Shown here one piece after another: positions 54,224 to 63,926 of a DNA stretch of 64,000 nucleotides. How positions within the stretch are numbered: the stretch's first letter is position 1; each line of letters starts with the position of its first letter. A model generated the notes under the pieces. The model searched no databases. It had not been told where the DNA came from and worked only from the letters and a program-made list of their open reading frames with translations. The DNA comes from Candidatus Uhrbacteria bacterium RIFOXYB12_FULL_58_10. Its GTDB lineage: Bacteria > Patescibacteriota > Patescibacteriia > UBA9934 > GWF2-40-263. Location: contig CALRBH010000002.1 of assembly GCA_943354165.1 (NCBI GenBank), positions 5,734 to 69,733 of the forward strand, read 5' to 3'. The position numbers and the translations under genes were made by a program.

Positions 54224-54655
54224 TTAGCTGGTAGCGGTCGCAAGGCGGCCGATCACGAAGGTAGCGATGGCGAAGCTTGAGAGGATGATGGCGAGCCCGA
54301 TCACACCCGAGATCATGAGCTTCTTAGCCTGCTTGACCTTGTCGTCATTGCCGCCGGACGTCATCCAGAGGAAACCTCCGTAAAGGATGATGACCACTGC
54401 GACGATACCGAGGAAGCTGAGAGCCGTGTTGATAATGCTGGCAATGGTGGTGGTGAGTTCCTGATTGCCGAGACCCGAGGCTCCGGCAAAAGCATCTTTG
54501 CCTGATCCTGAGTCTCCGCCGAAGAAGAAGTCCAGGTCGCTGCCTGCTGCTGGTGCTGGTGTCTGTGCCTTCGCAAATGGAGCGAGGGCGAACGTGGTTG
54601 CGGTGGCGCCTGCGGTTGCTGACCAGCCGACAAGCTTGGCAATGGAGAGCTTCAT
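54224..54655 (-). CDS. VirB2/TrbC-like pilin paralog 4
   Basis: Signal peptide MKLSIAKLVGWSATAGATA. Core IINTALSFLGIVAVVIILYGGFLWMTSGGNDDKVKQAKKLMISGVIGLAIILSSFAIATF. Confidence 0.65.
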   Translation of the reverse strand: MKLSIAKLVGWSATAGATATTFALAPFAKAQTPAPAAGSDLDFFFGGDSGSGKDAFAGASGLGNQELTTTIASIINTALSFLGIVAVVIILYGGFLWMTSGGNDDKVKQAKKLMISGVIGLAIILSSFAIATFVIGRLATATS

Positions 54656-54680
54656 AAGTTATGCCCTTGTGGGCTTATGG

Positions 54681-55049
54681 TTAAACGCTGCCCGTTGTGA
54701 TGGCGCCTACCAGCGCATTCACAAGAGCGTACGCGGTGAATAATACCACAATGCCTATGGAGGCCCAAATCAACGTATCCTTTCCTTTCTGAATCATCTT
54801 CGGATTCCCCTGGGAGAGGATCCACATGAACCCGCCATAGATGAAGGCGAGCAGGGCGAGGGCCCCGGAGAAGCCGAGGAGAGCCGCTACGATCTGTCCG
54901 ATGATTACGTTGATGTCGGATGTGCCTTTTGGATTAGCGGGCGTTCCACCGATCGGATTTATGAGCGTGGCGGCATGTACGACCGCGACGAGGAGAAAAC
55001 TCGCGAGCACGGTTCCGCCAATGACGAAGTGTTTTTTAGAGATTTTCAT
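54681..55049 (-). CDS. VirB2/TrbC-like pilin paralog 5
   Basis: Start at MKISKKHFVIGGTVLASFLLVAVVHA. Core IIGQIVAALLGFSGALALLAFIYGGFMWILSQGNPKMIQKGKDTLIWASIGIVVLFTAYALVN. Confidence 0.6.
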   Translation of the reverse strand: MKISKKHFVIGGTVLASFLLVAVVHAATLINPIGGTPANPKGTSDINVIIGQIVAALLGFSGALALLAFIYGGFMWILSQGNPKMIQKGKDTLIWASIGIVVLFTAYALVNALVGAITTGSV

Positions 55050-55057
55050 AGGTCGGC

Positions 55058-55651
55058 TTATGGAGTGGGGGCAATAAGTTCTACACACTCTCCGTTCGCG
55101 TTTTTTGCGCAGAATACTCTCCTAAGCGTCGTGATGGCCGCAAAGGCGATGAAGACGATCACCAGCCCGATCGTTGCAATCCTCAACCCATCCTTTCCTT
55201 TCTTGATGTTCTCATCAAATCCGCCAGGAAGGTATGCGGCGCCAATCCATCGGACTCCGGAAATAGTGTACATGAGGAAGACGAGCGCGCCCACAATTCC
55301 GAGAATGAACACGCCGACATTGTTCACGACCGTCATGACGTCCGTCAGTTGGCAATCGCCGGTGTTGTAACACTTTGAAGCGATGTCCTGCATGAATGGA
55401 CCAACATCCGCGTGGCTGCATGTGTCCTCTTTGCAGACACCAGTGCCTTTTGGGGTAGCTGGAGTGGTTGTAGATCCTGGTGTAGTGGAGGCGGGAGCAC
55501 AAGGTGATCCTGTGTTACTACAGCATGCAAGGCATTCTTGTCGTTGTCGACTTGCATCCGGCAGAGGCGTGCAAAATTGCTGGACGCAACTTTCTGCGGA
55601 GGCGACAAATGGAGATACAAGGAAAACAAGTACGATGAACAAAGATCTCAT
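55058..55651 (-). CDS. VirB2/TrbC-like pilin paralog 6 with Cys-rich N-terminal extension
   Basis: Signal peptide MRSLFIVLVFLVSPFVASA, then about 70 aa with 12 Cys. Conserved core VFILGIVGALVFLMYTISGVRWIGA ... IKKGKDGLRIATIGLVIVFIAFAAI. Confidence 0.6.
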   Translation of the reverse strand: MRSLFIVLVFLVSPFVASAESCVQQFCTPLPDASRQRQECLACCSNTGSPCAPASTTPGSTTTPATPKGTGVCKEDTCSHADVGPFMQDIASKCYNTGDCQLTDVMTVVNNVGVFILGIVGALVFLMYTISGVRWIGAAYLPGGFDENIKKGKDGLRIATIGLVIVFIAFAAITTLRRVFCAKNANGECVELIAPTP

Positions 55652-57024
55652 AGAGTTTGAGCAACCTTATTTTGAGCGGTCCGGATGAGATCTTCTGCGA
55701 TCTGACCTGCAAGGACACCATCGATCAGGTCAAACATCGCCTGTTCCGCCACTTCGATATTGTTCCCCTTGTACCAGCTCTTGGCCGTCAGGAGCTGGCT
55801 TGAGAAGACTGTGAGGGTTTCGTTTTCTAAGCTGTTCTGGATAAGGACGCGGAGGGCTGGTGGCTTCTGAGCGAGCTTGAGATAGGTGCCTGCCTGTTCC
55901 TTGCGGGTCATGAACTGGGTGAAGTCCCAGGCCCAGTGCTGGTTTTTGCTTGCCTTCGCGACCGCAAAGGCCCAGTAGTTGGCGTAGTTTACGAGCTTGC
56001 CTCCCTCAATCTGCGGAAACGGCATGATGCCGATGTTGAGCTTAGGCGCCCGCGCCTTGATGAAGGGGAGATGGTAGGAGTAGCCAAAGAAGAAAGCGGT
56101 TTTCCCGGAAACGAACGCGTCGAAGGACGGAGGCTGCTGCGAGTTCCAGGTATAGACGTTCTTCGTAGGGTTTGCGAAATCCGCATAGAAGCGCGTGGCG
56201 TCCGCCCCGGGAATCGTGTCGTCGTCGAGTTCGGCGGCGAACGTTGGGCGTCCGCGGTCGTCCGTCATCGGCGTGCCGTTCTGCATCATGAGCGCGGAGA
56301 GGATGTCGAACGAGCGTTCCGTGTTCCGGCTGGTGCCGATGGCGGCCCCGGACTGGATGATGGCATCGTTCGGGCCAATCGAGGTGAGTGCCTTCACGGC
56401 CTCGTGGAACTGCGTCCAGGTGGCTGGGGGCTCAATGATGCCGGCGGTGTTCAGCAGATCCTTGTTGTAGTACACGCCGAGCGTATCCACGGAGAGAGGG
56501 AGGGCCCAGACGCGTTCCTCAGGCACGGCTTTTGCGTTGGCTTGGAAAGGTTTGATGAGGTCAGAGGAGACTACGTCGACGAAATCCTTGCGGACCTGTG
56601 CTGGAGTAATCGTTCGCTCCGTGCGAATGGTAGTGATCGTCTCTTTTTTGATGGTCCCTTTCGTTTCTGTGTAGGGAATGTCGAGGCTCTTCGGAAGCGG
56701 GGCCATGAGGCTCTGCTCTTCGCCGATCCAAGTGTTGTGGATCATGAAGATGTCCGGTCCGGATCCTTCCGCGAAGGCGCGAACGAGGGCTTCCTTGTAC
56801 TCTTCGACACGCAGTTCGCGGTAATTGAAGCTGACGTTGGGGTGGATGGCCTGGTAGCTGGTCATGAGGCTCTGGTAGAACTCTCGGGAATCAAACACGC
56901 CCCAGACGTTGATGGCTACGGGCTTGGCAGCGGCAATCTCGGCGGCGCTTGGACCTCCGCAGCTTTGGCCCGTGAGGACCAGCGAGGAAGCAAGGAGAAA
57001 CGCAAACAGTTTTGTAGATTTCAT
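55648..57024 (-). CDS. ABC-transporter substrate-binding lipoprotein (solute-binding family 1, sugar-type)
   Basis: Lipobox MKSTKLFAFLLASSLVLTGQSC. Periplasmic binding fold length. Its stop overlaps the start of pilin paralog 6 (4-nt overlap). Confidence 0.75.
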   Translation of the reverse strand: MKSTKLFAFLLASSLVLTGQSCGGPSAAEIAAAKPVAINVWGVFDSREFYQSLMTSYQAIHPNVSFNYRELRVEEYKEALVRAFAEGSGPDIFMIHNTWIGEEQSLMAPLPKSLDIPYTETKGTIKKETITTIRTERTITPAQVRKDFVDVVSSDLIKPFQANAKAVPEERVWALPLSVDTLGVYYNKDLLNTAGIIEPPATWTQFHEAVKALTSIGPNDAIIQSGAAIGTSRNTERSFDILSALMMQNGTPMTDDRGRPTFAAELDDDTIPGADATRFYADFANPTKNVYTWNSQQPPSFDAFVSGKTAFFFGYSYHLPFIKARAPKLNIGIMPFPQIEGGKLVNYANYWAFAVAKASKNQHWAWDFTQFMTRKEQAGTYLKLAQKPPALRVLIQNSLENETLTVFSSQLLTAKSWYKGNNIEVAEQAMFDLIDGVLAGQIAEDLIRTAQNKVAQTL

Positions 57025-57063
57025 AATAGGGTACAAACGATTTCTCGCATTGTACCCTATTTA

Positions 57064-57930
57064 CTACTTCATTGTCTTAAGATATCGCTTCAGATCCTTT
57101 CCGATTTCCGGATGTTTGAGGCCGAGTTCCACCTGCGCCTTGAGAAATCCGAGCTTATTTCCGCAGTCATACCGCGTCCCTTCGAACAAATGGCCGTAGA
57201 TGGGGCGTCCGCCGAGCAAGTACGTGGCGAACGCATCTGCCAATCGGATTTCACCGTCTTTGCCCGCGCGCTGGTCCTCGAGGATGGCGAGCATGTCCGG
57301 TGTCAGAACGTATCGGCCAATGACGATGTTGTTGCTTGGTGCCTGCGCTGGAGACGGTTTCTCAACGAATTTCGAAACTTCCCAGGTTGTGGCATCAAGT
57401 TTACGTCCGCCGATCACTCCATAGTTCGAAACGTCCTTTTTTTGCACCTGCTGCAGCGCAACGATGGGATCCTGATATTTTTCATACACGTCGAGGAGCT
57501 GCTTCATGGCCGGAACCTTGCTGTCGATGATGTCGTCGCCGAAAAGCACGGCGACCGGTTCGTGTCGATCGAGGAAGGGGAGCGCGGCGAGGATCGCGTG
57601 GCCATCGCCCATGGGTTTGTTCTGCCGCACGAACGCAAATTTGGCGAGCTTGCCGATGCGTCCCACAAGCGCGAGCTCCTTTGTCTTCTTTTTCTGCTCA
57701 AGGCGATACTCAAGCTCGAAGTTCCTATCGAAATGATCCTCGATCGCGCGCTTGCCGAGTGAGGTCACGAAGATGATTTCCTCGATCCCGCTCGCCACAG
57801 CTTCTTCCACGATGTATTGGATGACAGGCTTATCCACCACGGCTAACATTTCCTTAGGCTGAGCCTTGGAAGCGGGGAGAAACCGGGTGCCGAGCCCGGC
57901 CACGGGGATGACGGCTTTTCGAATACGCAT
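57064..57930 (-). CDS. galU: UTP-glucose-1-phosphate uridylyltransferase
   Basis: KAVIPVAGLGTRFLPASKAQPKEML N-terminal signature. 288 aa. Confidence 0.9.
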   Translation of the reverse strand: MRIRKAVIPVAGLGTRFLPASKAQPKEMLAVVDKPVIQYIVEEAVASGIEEIIFVTSLGKRAIEDHFDRNFELEYRLEQKKKTKELALVGRIGKLAKFAFVRQNKPMGDGHAILAALPFLDRHEPVAVLFGDDIIDSKVPAMKQLLDVYEKYQDPIVALQQVQKKDVSNYGVIGGRKLDATTWEVSKFVEKPSPAQAPSNNIVIGRYVLTPDMLAILEDQRAGKDGEIRLADAFATYLLGGRPIYGHLFEGTRYDCGNKLGFLKAQVELGLKHPEIGKDLKRYLKTMK

Positions 57931-57969
57931 ATAAGGAACCTTACATGCACAAGGTCTAGTTTTGCAATT

Positions 57970-58332
57970 CTAACTCTTTTTCAGCGCTTTCATCGTCTTG
58001 ATGTTCTTAATCGGAGACTTTTTCTTGTCGACGATATCCTTCGCGCAGATTTGAAGAATGTGGTGCATCTGGTCCCGGTCATCGAACCATTCTTCTGGGA
58101 TAATAAATGCGGGAATGGCCCCTGGATACGGCGATGCGGTCTTGGCCTGGTGCTCCAGCATCTCTACGGTGCGCTCCGTCATCTTGATGAACACCGTATC
58201 GTCGCAGATGAACCCAACCATGGCGCCATCATAGTAGATGCCGTATTCGCCAAACATCGACCGGACATGCACGTGCTTGTCATCGCTGATGATGTCGAGG
58301 ATGTGCTGGGCAAAGTCTTTTGAGGTGGACAC
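57970..58332 (-). CDS. TfoX/Sxy N-terminal domain protein
   Basis: 120 aa. FAQHILDII ... VRSMFGEYGIYYDGAMVGFICDDTVFIK fits the TfoX_N domain. Confidence 0.6.
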   Translation of the reverse strand: MSTSKDFAQHILDIISDDKHVHVRSMFGEYGIYYDGAMVGFICDDTVFIKMTERTVEMLEHQAKTASPYPGAIPAFIIPEEWFDDRDQMHHILQICAKDIVDKKKSPIKNIKTMKALKKS

Positions 58333-58424
58333 AGGCGTGGGGGATTAATGAGATGCAGCCTAGTATAAGCGGAGATAAAGAGCAAAGACAAAACGACCCA
58401 GGCGGGTCGTTTTGTCTTTACATG

Positions 58425-59336
58425 CTAGCGGTGCATGATCCAAGTTCCGAGAAAGATGATCCCGATGGTCGCCGCCTTCTGGACAAGATGCTTCCGCACG
58501 AGGCTCTCCGTCCCGATCTTTGGCAGGAGAACCGTGATGAGGATGCCGTAGATGAAGACGAACATCGGCTGGAATCCGTTCACGGCCCATACGAGCGCGA
58601 GCGGCGCGAGTAGGGTCGCGTACTGGAACACCAGGTTTGCGACCACGGTGATGATCTCGTTCGTCGCATTGAGCGAAAGGATTCGTGCGTTGTTTTCCTT
58701 GAGCACGTGCAGGAATTGCTGGCGGTAACTTTTCACGAACGCGAGGAAGAATAGACTCAAGACTGCGCTGCCAACGTAGCCCCAGAACGCCGTCGTCCAA
58801 TAGTCCGTAGCGACCGCCACCATCTTGAAGACCAGGAAGCTGAGCGCCATCACGAACGAGGCGAGCAGCATCAGGAAGAACACGGCGGACTTGAACTTCG
58901 GCATCTTCGTCGTGAGGTCCATGGAGAGCAGGATGCCCCCAAGCACCACGATCGCGGAGCCGACGACCTGGGTCATCGTAAGCGTCTCGTTGAGAACGAC
59001 GACGCCGAGGATGAAGGCAAAAACCGGAATCGTCTGGAACAGCGGAACCACGATCGACGCCTCGTCCCGCTGCATCGCATAGAAGTAGATAAGGATCGAG
59101 AGTACGTACAGGATTCCGCCCACCGCCTGCATCACCGCCTGCGTTGGCGTGATGGAAAGGACGTTTGGATGAATCGCGAGAATGATCGGAAGGACAAACA
59201 GTCCAATGATGGATGAGAAGATGATGAGGGCTCCAGTTCCTCCGCCCTTGAAGTACTTGCTGATCAGGTACTTGTCGAGATGATTCGTCACGCTCCACAA
59301 GGCCGGCCCTATGAGGGCGATCAGAAACCAATGCAT
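58425..59336 (-). CDS. EamA/DMT-family transporter
   Basis: 10-TM protein with duplicated EamA halves. Confidence 0.75.
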   Translation of the reverse strand: MHWFLIALIGPALWSVTNHLDKYLISKYFKGGGTGALIIFSSIIGLFVLPIILAIHPNVLSITPTQAVMQAVGGILYVLSILIYFYAMQRDEASIVVPLFQTIPVFAFILGVVVLNETLTMTQVVGSAIVVLGGILLSMDLTTKMPKFKSAVFFLMLLASFVMALSFLVFKMVAVATDYWTTAFWGYVGSAVLSLFFLAFVKSYRQQFLHVLKENNARILSLNATNEIITVVANLVFQYATLLAPLALVWAVNGFQPMFVFIYGILITVLLPKIGTESLVRKHLVQKAATIGIIFLGTWIMHR

Positions 59337-59468
59337 AAGATCCTCCGTATTAGGTTGAAGAACTCACATCCTTCGCTAGTTTAAGCGAATTTTATGGAAT
59401 AAGTCAATAGAGATTCTCGTTGACCGTCGTAGTAGTTACATGATACGTTTGCGCCGCTTCCGACCCAT

Positions 59469-59559
<91 letters not shown>

Positions 59560-59562
59560 GAA

Positions 59563-59594
59563 AAGAGACCAGCATGTGCTGGTCTCTTTTCTAT
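59563..59594. terminator. bidirectional intrinsic terminator (agagaccagc-atgt-gctggtctctttt)
   Basis: Sits between tRNA-Ser(+) and dedA(-). Confidence 0.6.
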
Positions 59595-60220
59595 TTCTTT
59601 CCCAAGCCCTTCACGAGTTCTACAATCCGTTTCCTCGATGATTCGTCTTTCAAAACGTGGTAGATCGATGGGAGCAGTGACACGACGATAATAACAATGA
59701 CGATGGGGAGGACGTATTGATCTGCCCCGGGGACCGTCTTTCCGAGAAAGTACCCAGCGAGCGTGAGTGACGTTGTCCAAAGAAATCCTCCAATCAGGTT
59801 GTAGGCGACAAACGTCCGGTACGGCATGTTGCCGACCCCAGCGAGAATCGGTGTAAACGTGCGGATGACCGGCATGAAACGGGCGAGGATCAGGGCTTTG
59901 CCCCCGTGCTTCGCAAAGAACTTCTGTGCACGCAGGAGGTGATCCTTATGAAAGAAGAGGGAATCTTCCTTCGTGAAAATCCTCGGCCCCACACGTTTTC
60001 CGAACCCATACCCGACGTTATCGCCAATGATCGCGGCGAGAAACAGGACACCGATCAGGATATCGATATGCAAATATCCCTGCGAGGCGAGAAAGCCGGC
60101 GGTGAAGAGCAGGCTGTCGCCGGGGAGGAAAAATCCAACCAGCAACCCGGACTCGGCGAAGACGATCAAAAATAGGCCGAGATAGCCCGTGGTTTTAATG
60201 AGGGGGACGAGGTCTAACAT
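59591..60220 (-). CDS. dedA: DedA/VTT-domain membrane protein
   Basis: FAESGLLVGFFLPGDSLLFTAGFLA and ARFMPVIRTFTPILAGVGNMPY signature segments. Confidence 0.85.
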   Translation of the reverse strand: MLDLVPLIKTTGYLGLFLIVFAESGLLVGFFLPGDSLLFTAGFLASQGYLHIDILIGVLFLAAIIGDNVGYGFGKRVGPRIFTKEDSLFFHKDHLLRAQKFFAKHGGKALILARFMPVIRTFTPILAGVGNMPYRTFVAYNLIGGFLWTTSLTLAGYFLGKTVPGADQYVLPIVIVIIVVSLLPSIYHVLKDESSRKRIVELVKGLGKK

Positions 60221-60247
60221 GTGGGAGAAGCATAGCAGGTTTTCCCT

Positions 60248-61099
60248 GTGCTATCATGGCCCCGTATGATTCGCTCCCTCTTTTATTGGATTCTGGGACT
60301 GAAGATTTTGGCGTTAAACAAGATTCGCTACACCATCCGCGGCTATCGCACCCCGCGCCCGTTTGCCGTGACGGACATCGATAAGGCCATTGCGTACGAT
60401 AAGGAAGTGATAGAACGATGGGAACTGGCCCTCAAGCAGGCAGGTCTGCCAGGCGTCTCCGGCACACACGTGCTGGAACTCGGCCCGGGTGCCGATCTCG
60501 GCGTCGGCCTCCTCCTGCTCGACCGCGGGGCGAAAAGTTATACCGCCGTGGACGCGAACGTTCTCATCTCGCAGACCCCCGAAGCGCTTTACGAAGGGAT
60601 CCTTCCAGGAACGTCGAAGGAAAAGATCGAAGAGAGGCTTGCGTCGATCAGATTCATCCACGATCCGAAGTTCACGCTTAAAACGATTCCTGACGCGAGC
60701 GCTGACTTCGTCGTCAGCAACGCCGCCTTCGAGCATTTCAATGACGTTCCCCACGTCCTGCGTGAACTCGGCCGCATCGTCGCCCCGGGTGGAGTCATTT
60801 GCATCCACGTCGATCTGCAAACCCACACGCGCGTAATTCGCGACCGCGACCCGCTCAACATTTATCGCTTCGCCCCGTGGCTGTATGGCCTCATGCACTT
60901 CTCCGGCATCCCAAACCGCGTGCGGCCAGCCACGTACATCGCGACACTCATCAAGGGAGGATGGAAGGACTTGAGCATTATCCCCGTCGAAATCATTCCA
61001 GACGCGGAGATGCCTCGACGTTCACGCGGCATCCATCGGTCGTTTGTGAAGGATGAAACACTGTCGGTCTTGAGCTTTATTTTGACGGCGCGAAGGTAA
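60248..61099 (+). CDS. class I SAM-dependent methyltransferase
   Basis: Motif I VLELGPGADLG. Acidic post-I residue. 283 aa. Start may be 60266. Confidence 0.7.
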   Translation: MLSWPRMIRSLFYWILGLKILALNKIRYTIRGYRTPRPFAVTDIDKAIAYDKEVIERWELALKQAGLPGVSGTHVLELGPGADLGVGLLLLDRGAKSYTAVDANVLISQTPEALYEGILPGTSKEKIEERLASIRFIHDPKFTLKTIPDASADFVVSNAAFEHFNDVPHVLRELGRIVAPGGVICIHVDLQTHTRVIRDRDPLNIYRFAPWLYGLMHFSGIPNRVRPATYIATLIKGGWKDLSIIPVEIIPDAEMPRRSRGIHRSFVKDETLSVLSFILTARR

Positions 61100-61131
61100 T
61101 TTTCCTCCTGCTGTGAGACAATGGAGGAACT

Positions 61132-63672
61132 ATGTTGCGCTACGCGGCGTTTATCACCGGATCCGACCATGCGGCGCTCGCAGCGATTTCTTCGCGCCAT
61201 GAAGGGCTGACCGATCGGGAAGCGGTGGACCGCTTCGTGAAATTCGGCAGCAATGCCGTCACGCACGAGCGGCCAAGTGCGGTAGTCATCCTCTCGCGCC
61301 AGGCGAAATCTTTTTTTGTATATCTTCTTTTGGTCGCTTCGCTCATCAACGTGAGTATCGGAGCGAAGATGGACGCGATGCTCTTGATCGGTTTTATTTT
61401 CGTCTACGTCTTCGTCGGGTTTTGGCAGGAGTACAAGGCGGAGACGGCCATCTGGAACCTGAGCTCGTACCTGGTGAAGAACGCGCGCGTGCGTCGCAAC
61501 GGAAAAGTGCAGCAGATTCCTGCCGATCAGCTCGTCCCAGGCGACATCGTCTTTCTTTCGGGTGGGGACACGGTCCCAGCCGACCTACGCGTCCTGAACG
61601 CGCGCGGACTCCTCGTCGACGAATCCATCCTCACCGGCGAATCCGTTCCGGTGAGCAAACATGGTTCACCCATAAAAGAAGGGGAGGTCGATGATGACCT
61701 GCGTACAAAAAATCTTCTCTTTTTCGGCGCGGCGATTACGGGAGGATGGGCGGAAGCGGTTGTGATCGCAACAGGGAAACATTCATATTTTTCCAGCCTG
61801 TTCGCCACGGCGACAAGTATTGAGCGTCCAAGCCTTTTTGAGCGCAACATACGCGCAATCGGAAAGCTGCTCACCGGTGTTTTCGTTGTTTTAGCTCTCG
61901 TAACGCTCGTCCTTAAAGCGACGATCGGTGGCGGGATTCATATCGATACGCTGCTGTTCCTCGTCGCGCTCATCGTGGCCGTCGTGCCGGAAGCGTTGCC
62001 CATCGTCGCAACCCTCGCCTTTTCAAAAGGCGCCCTCGCGCTCGCGAGAAAGCACGTCGTCGTGAAGCGGCTGACGGCGCTTGAGGATCTTGGAAGCGTG
62101 GATATCCTGTGTACGGACAAGACGGGAACGATCACGACGAATCACATGGCGCTCACTGCCGTGGAATCTTCGCTCGGAGAAGTCGAAGCGATCCGCTACG
62201 CGCTCATGGCCGGCCTCGCGGAGAAACACCGTGGCAAAATACACGACCCGTTCGACCAAGCCCTCGCCGAACGCGTACATAAACTGAATGTTTCCTCCGA
62301 CGCCTGCACGCTCACCGACACGATCCCGTTCGATCACGTGCGACGCATCCACTCCGTGCTCTGCGAGATGGGAGATCAAACGACGGTGATCGTCCGCGGC
62401 GCGCCGGAAGAAGTTTTGTCGCGCTCGCACACCTTTGCAGGAACGGGAGGGAAGGGTCATTCACTTTCGAGCGCCGATCGAACGCGTCTGCTCGCGTGGT
62501 TCCGTTCGCGCGGAGAAAAAGGCGAACGCGTTATCGCCGTCGCACGTCGACATGTTCCAAATGGTGTTCATGACCTCGCCAAGCTCGAATCAAGCGAGCT
62601 CGAATTCATCGGACTCCTCTCATTTGCCGATCCGCTCAAGGACACCTCACGCCCTGCGCTTAAGCTCCTCACCGAGCTCGGCATTGGCCTACGTATTATC
62701 ACAGGTGACGCCACGGAAGTGACCACTTCCATTGGCCGAGAGCTCGGTTTGCTAAAGCCAGATCAGCAGGCGATGACGGGCGAAGTGTTCGCTGAACTCG
62801 ATCGTCCAGGACGCGCGAAAGCCGTTGAACACATACATGTGTTCGCACGCACGTTGCCCGCGCATAAACTCCTGATCATCGAAGCGCTTCAGAAACATCA
62901 CGCCGTCGGATTTCTCGGCGAAGGGTACAACGACATCCCCGCGCTCAAGGCCGCGGATCTTTCTCTCGTCGTCGAACGCGCGCCGGATCTTTCTCGATCT
63001 GCGGCTGACATCGTGCTCTTGAATGAGGATCTTCTTGTCATCGCAGAGGGCGTCGAAGAAGGTCGTCGTATTTTTGCGAACACTCTCAAGTACGTCCGCA
63101 CCACGCTCGCCGCAAACGTGGGAAATTTTTTCTCGCTCGCCTTTGCCGCCGTGATCCTTCCATTCCTCCCGATCCTCCCGGTGCAGATGCTCCTCGTAAA
63201 TTTGTTGAGCGACGTCCCAATGACCACCATCTCGCTCGACAAAGTTCCGCGCGCGGAAATTGGCCGTCCGCAAAAATACGTCTTCGGAAAACTCTTCGCC
63301 TTCGTCCTCGTCTTCGGTGCCGTGAGTTCCGTCTTCGACCTCATCCTGTTCCGCTCGTTCCTCCCTTATGGGGAAGGGACGCTCCAGACCGGCTGGTTCA
63401 TGTTCAGTATTTTGACGGAGATGGTCGCCTTTATTTCGCTTCGCTCATTCCTGCCTGTCTGGAAGAGCTGGCCACCAGCGCGAGGGATTCTCCTTGTAGG
63501 AACTGGAGCGATAGCCTTCGCCGCCTTCCTGGTGTATCTGCCGTTTACCCAACACGCATTGCATTTGACCCCGCTTACAGGCATGCAGATCACGCACATG
63601 TTGAGCCTGCTAGCCGTGTATTTCGTCGCGAACGAGATCGTGAAGCGCATCGCCGCGAGACGGCTGGCGTAG
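61132..63672 (+). CDS. P-type cation-transporting ATPase (P2/P3-like)
   Basis: TGES actuator, DKTGTIT phosphorylation site, hinge GEGYNDIPALKAADL, 8-10 TM helices. 846 aa. Confidence 0.9.
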   Translation: MLRYAAFITGSDHAALAAISSRHEGLTDREAVDRFVKFGSNAVTHERPSAVVILSRQAKSFFVYLLLVASLINVSIGAKMDAMLLIGFIFVYVFVGFWQEYKAETAIWNLSSYLVKNARVRRNGKVQQIPADQLVPGDIVFLSGGDTVPADLRVLNARGLLVDESILTGESVPVSKHGSPIKEGEVDDDLRTKNLLFFGAAITGGWAEAVVIATGKHSYFSSLFATATSIERPSLFERNIRAIGKLLTGVFVVLALVTLVLKATIGGGIHIDTLLFLVALIVAVVPEALPIVATLAFSKGALALARKHVVVKRLTALEDLGSVDILCTDKTGTITTNHMALTAVESSLGEVEAIRYALMAGLAEKHRGKIHDPFDQALAERVHKLNVSSDACTLTDTIPFDHVRRIHSVLCEMGDQTTVIVRGAPEEVLSRSHTFAGTGGKGHSLSSADRTRLLAWFRSRGEKGERVIAVARRHVPNGVHDLAKLESSELEFIGLLSFADPLKDTSRPALKLLTELGIGLRIITGDATEVTTSIGRELGLLKPDQQAMTGEVFAELDRPGRAKAVEHIHVFARTLPAHKLLIIEALQKHHAVGFLGEGYNDIPALKAADLSLVVERAPDLSRSAADIVLLNEDLLVIAEGVEEGRRIFANTLKYVRTTLAANVGNFFSLAFAAVILPFLPILPVQMLLVNLLSDVPMTTISLDKVPRAEIGRPQKYVFGKLFAFVLVFGAVSSVFDLILFRSFLPYGEGTLQTGWFMFSILTEMVAFISLRSFLPVWKSWPPARGILLVGTGAIAFAAFLVYLPFTQHALHLTPLTGMQITHMLSLLAVYFVANEIVKRIAARRLA

Positions 63673-63689
63673 CCAGCCGACGAGGGGTC

Positions 63690-63884
63690 GTAAGGGCGGT
63701 AAGGGCGGTAAGGTTCGTACGGCAAGCAACTGTCTGTCCCCTTACAGTCCATTACTACCCTTACCACCCTTACAGCCCCTTGAACCGGCCAAAAGGCCGG
63801 TTTACGCGTATACGTGTTTACCGCTATATCCAGCCAAATAACTTGCCAACAACTCTTGACAAAAGGTCAAAATTGTGGTATAAA
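63690..63884 (+). repeat. GTAAGGG/CCCTTAC palindrome + hairpin + TTGACA-N17-TATAAA promoter cassette, locus 3
   Basis: gtaagggcg-gtaagggcg-gtaagg ... ccccttacagtcc-attactaccc-ttaccaccc-ttacagcccc; hairpin gaaccggcc-aaaa-ggccggttt; promoter at 63856-63884. This parallels 51197-51408. Confidence 0.65.
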
Positions 63885-63926
63885 TATGGGGCGAAAATGT
63901 TCCTTAACCCTTGCCAGGAGTCATAG

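Noticed and set aside
55936-57762. 608-aa plus-strand ORF
   Set aside because: Entirely antisense to the SBP and galU genes, which have clear homology. Arg/Gly/Val-rich low-complexity translation typical of the reverse frame of GC-rich coding DNA.
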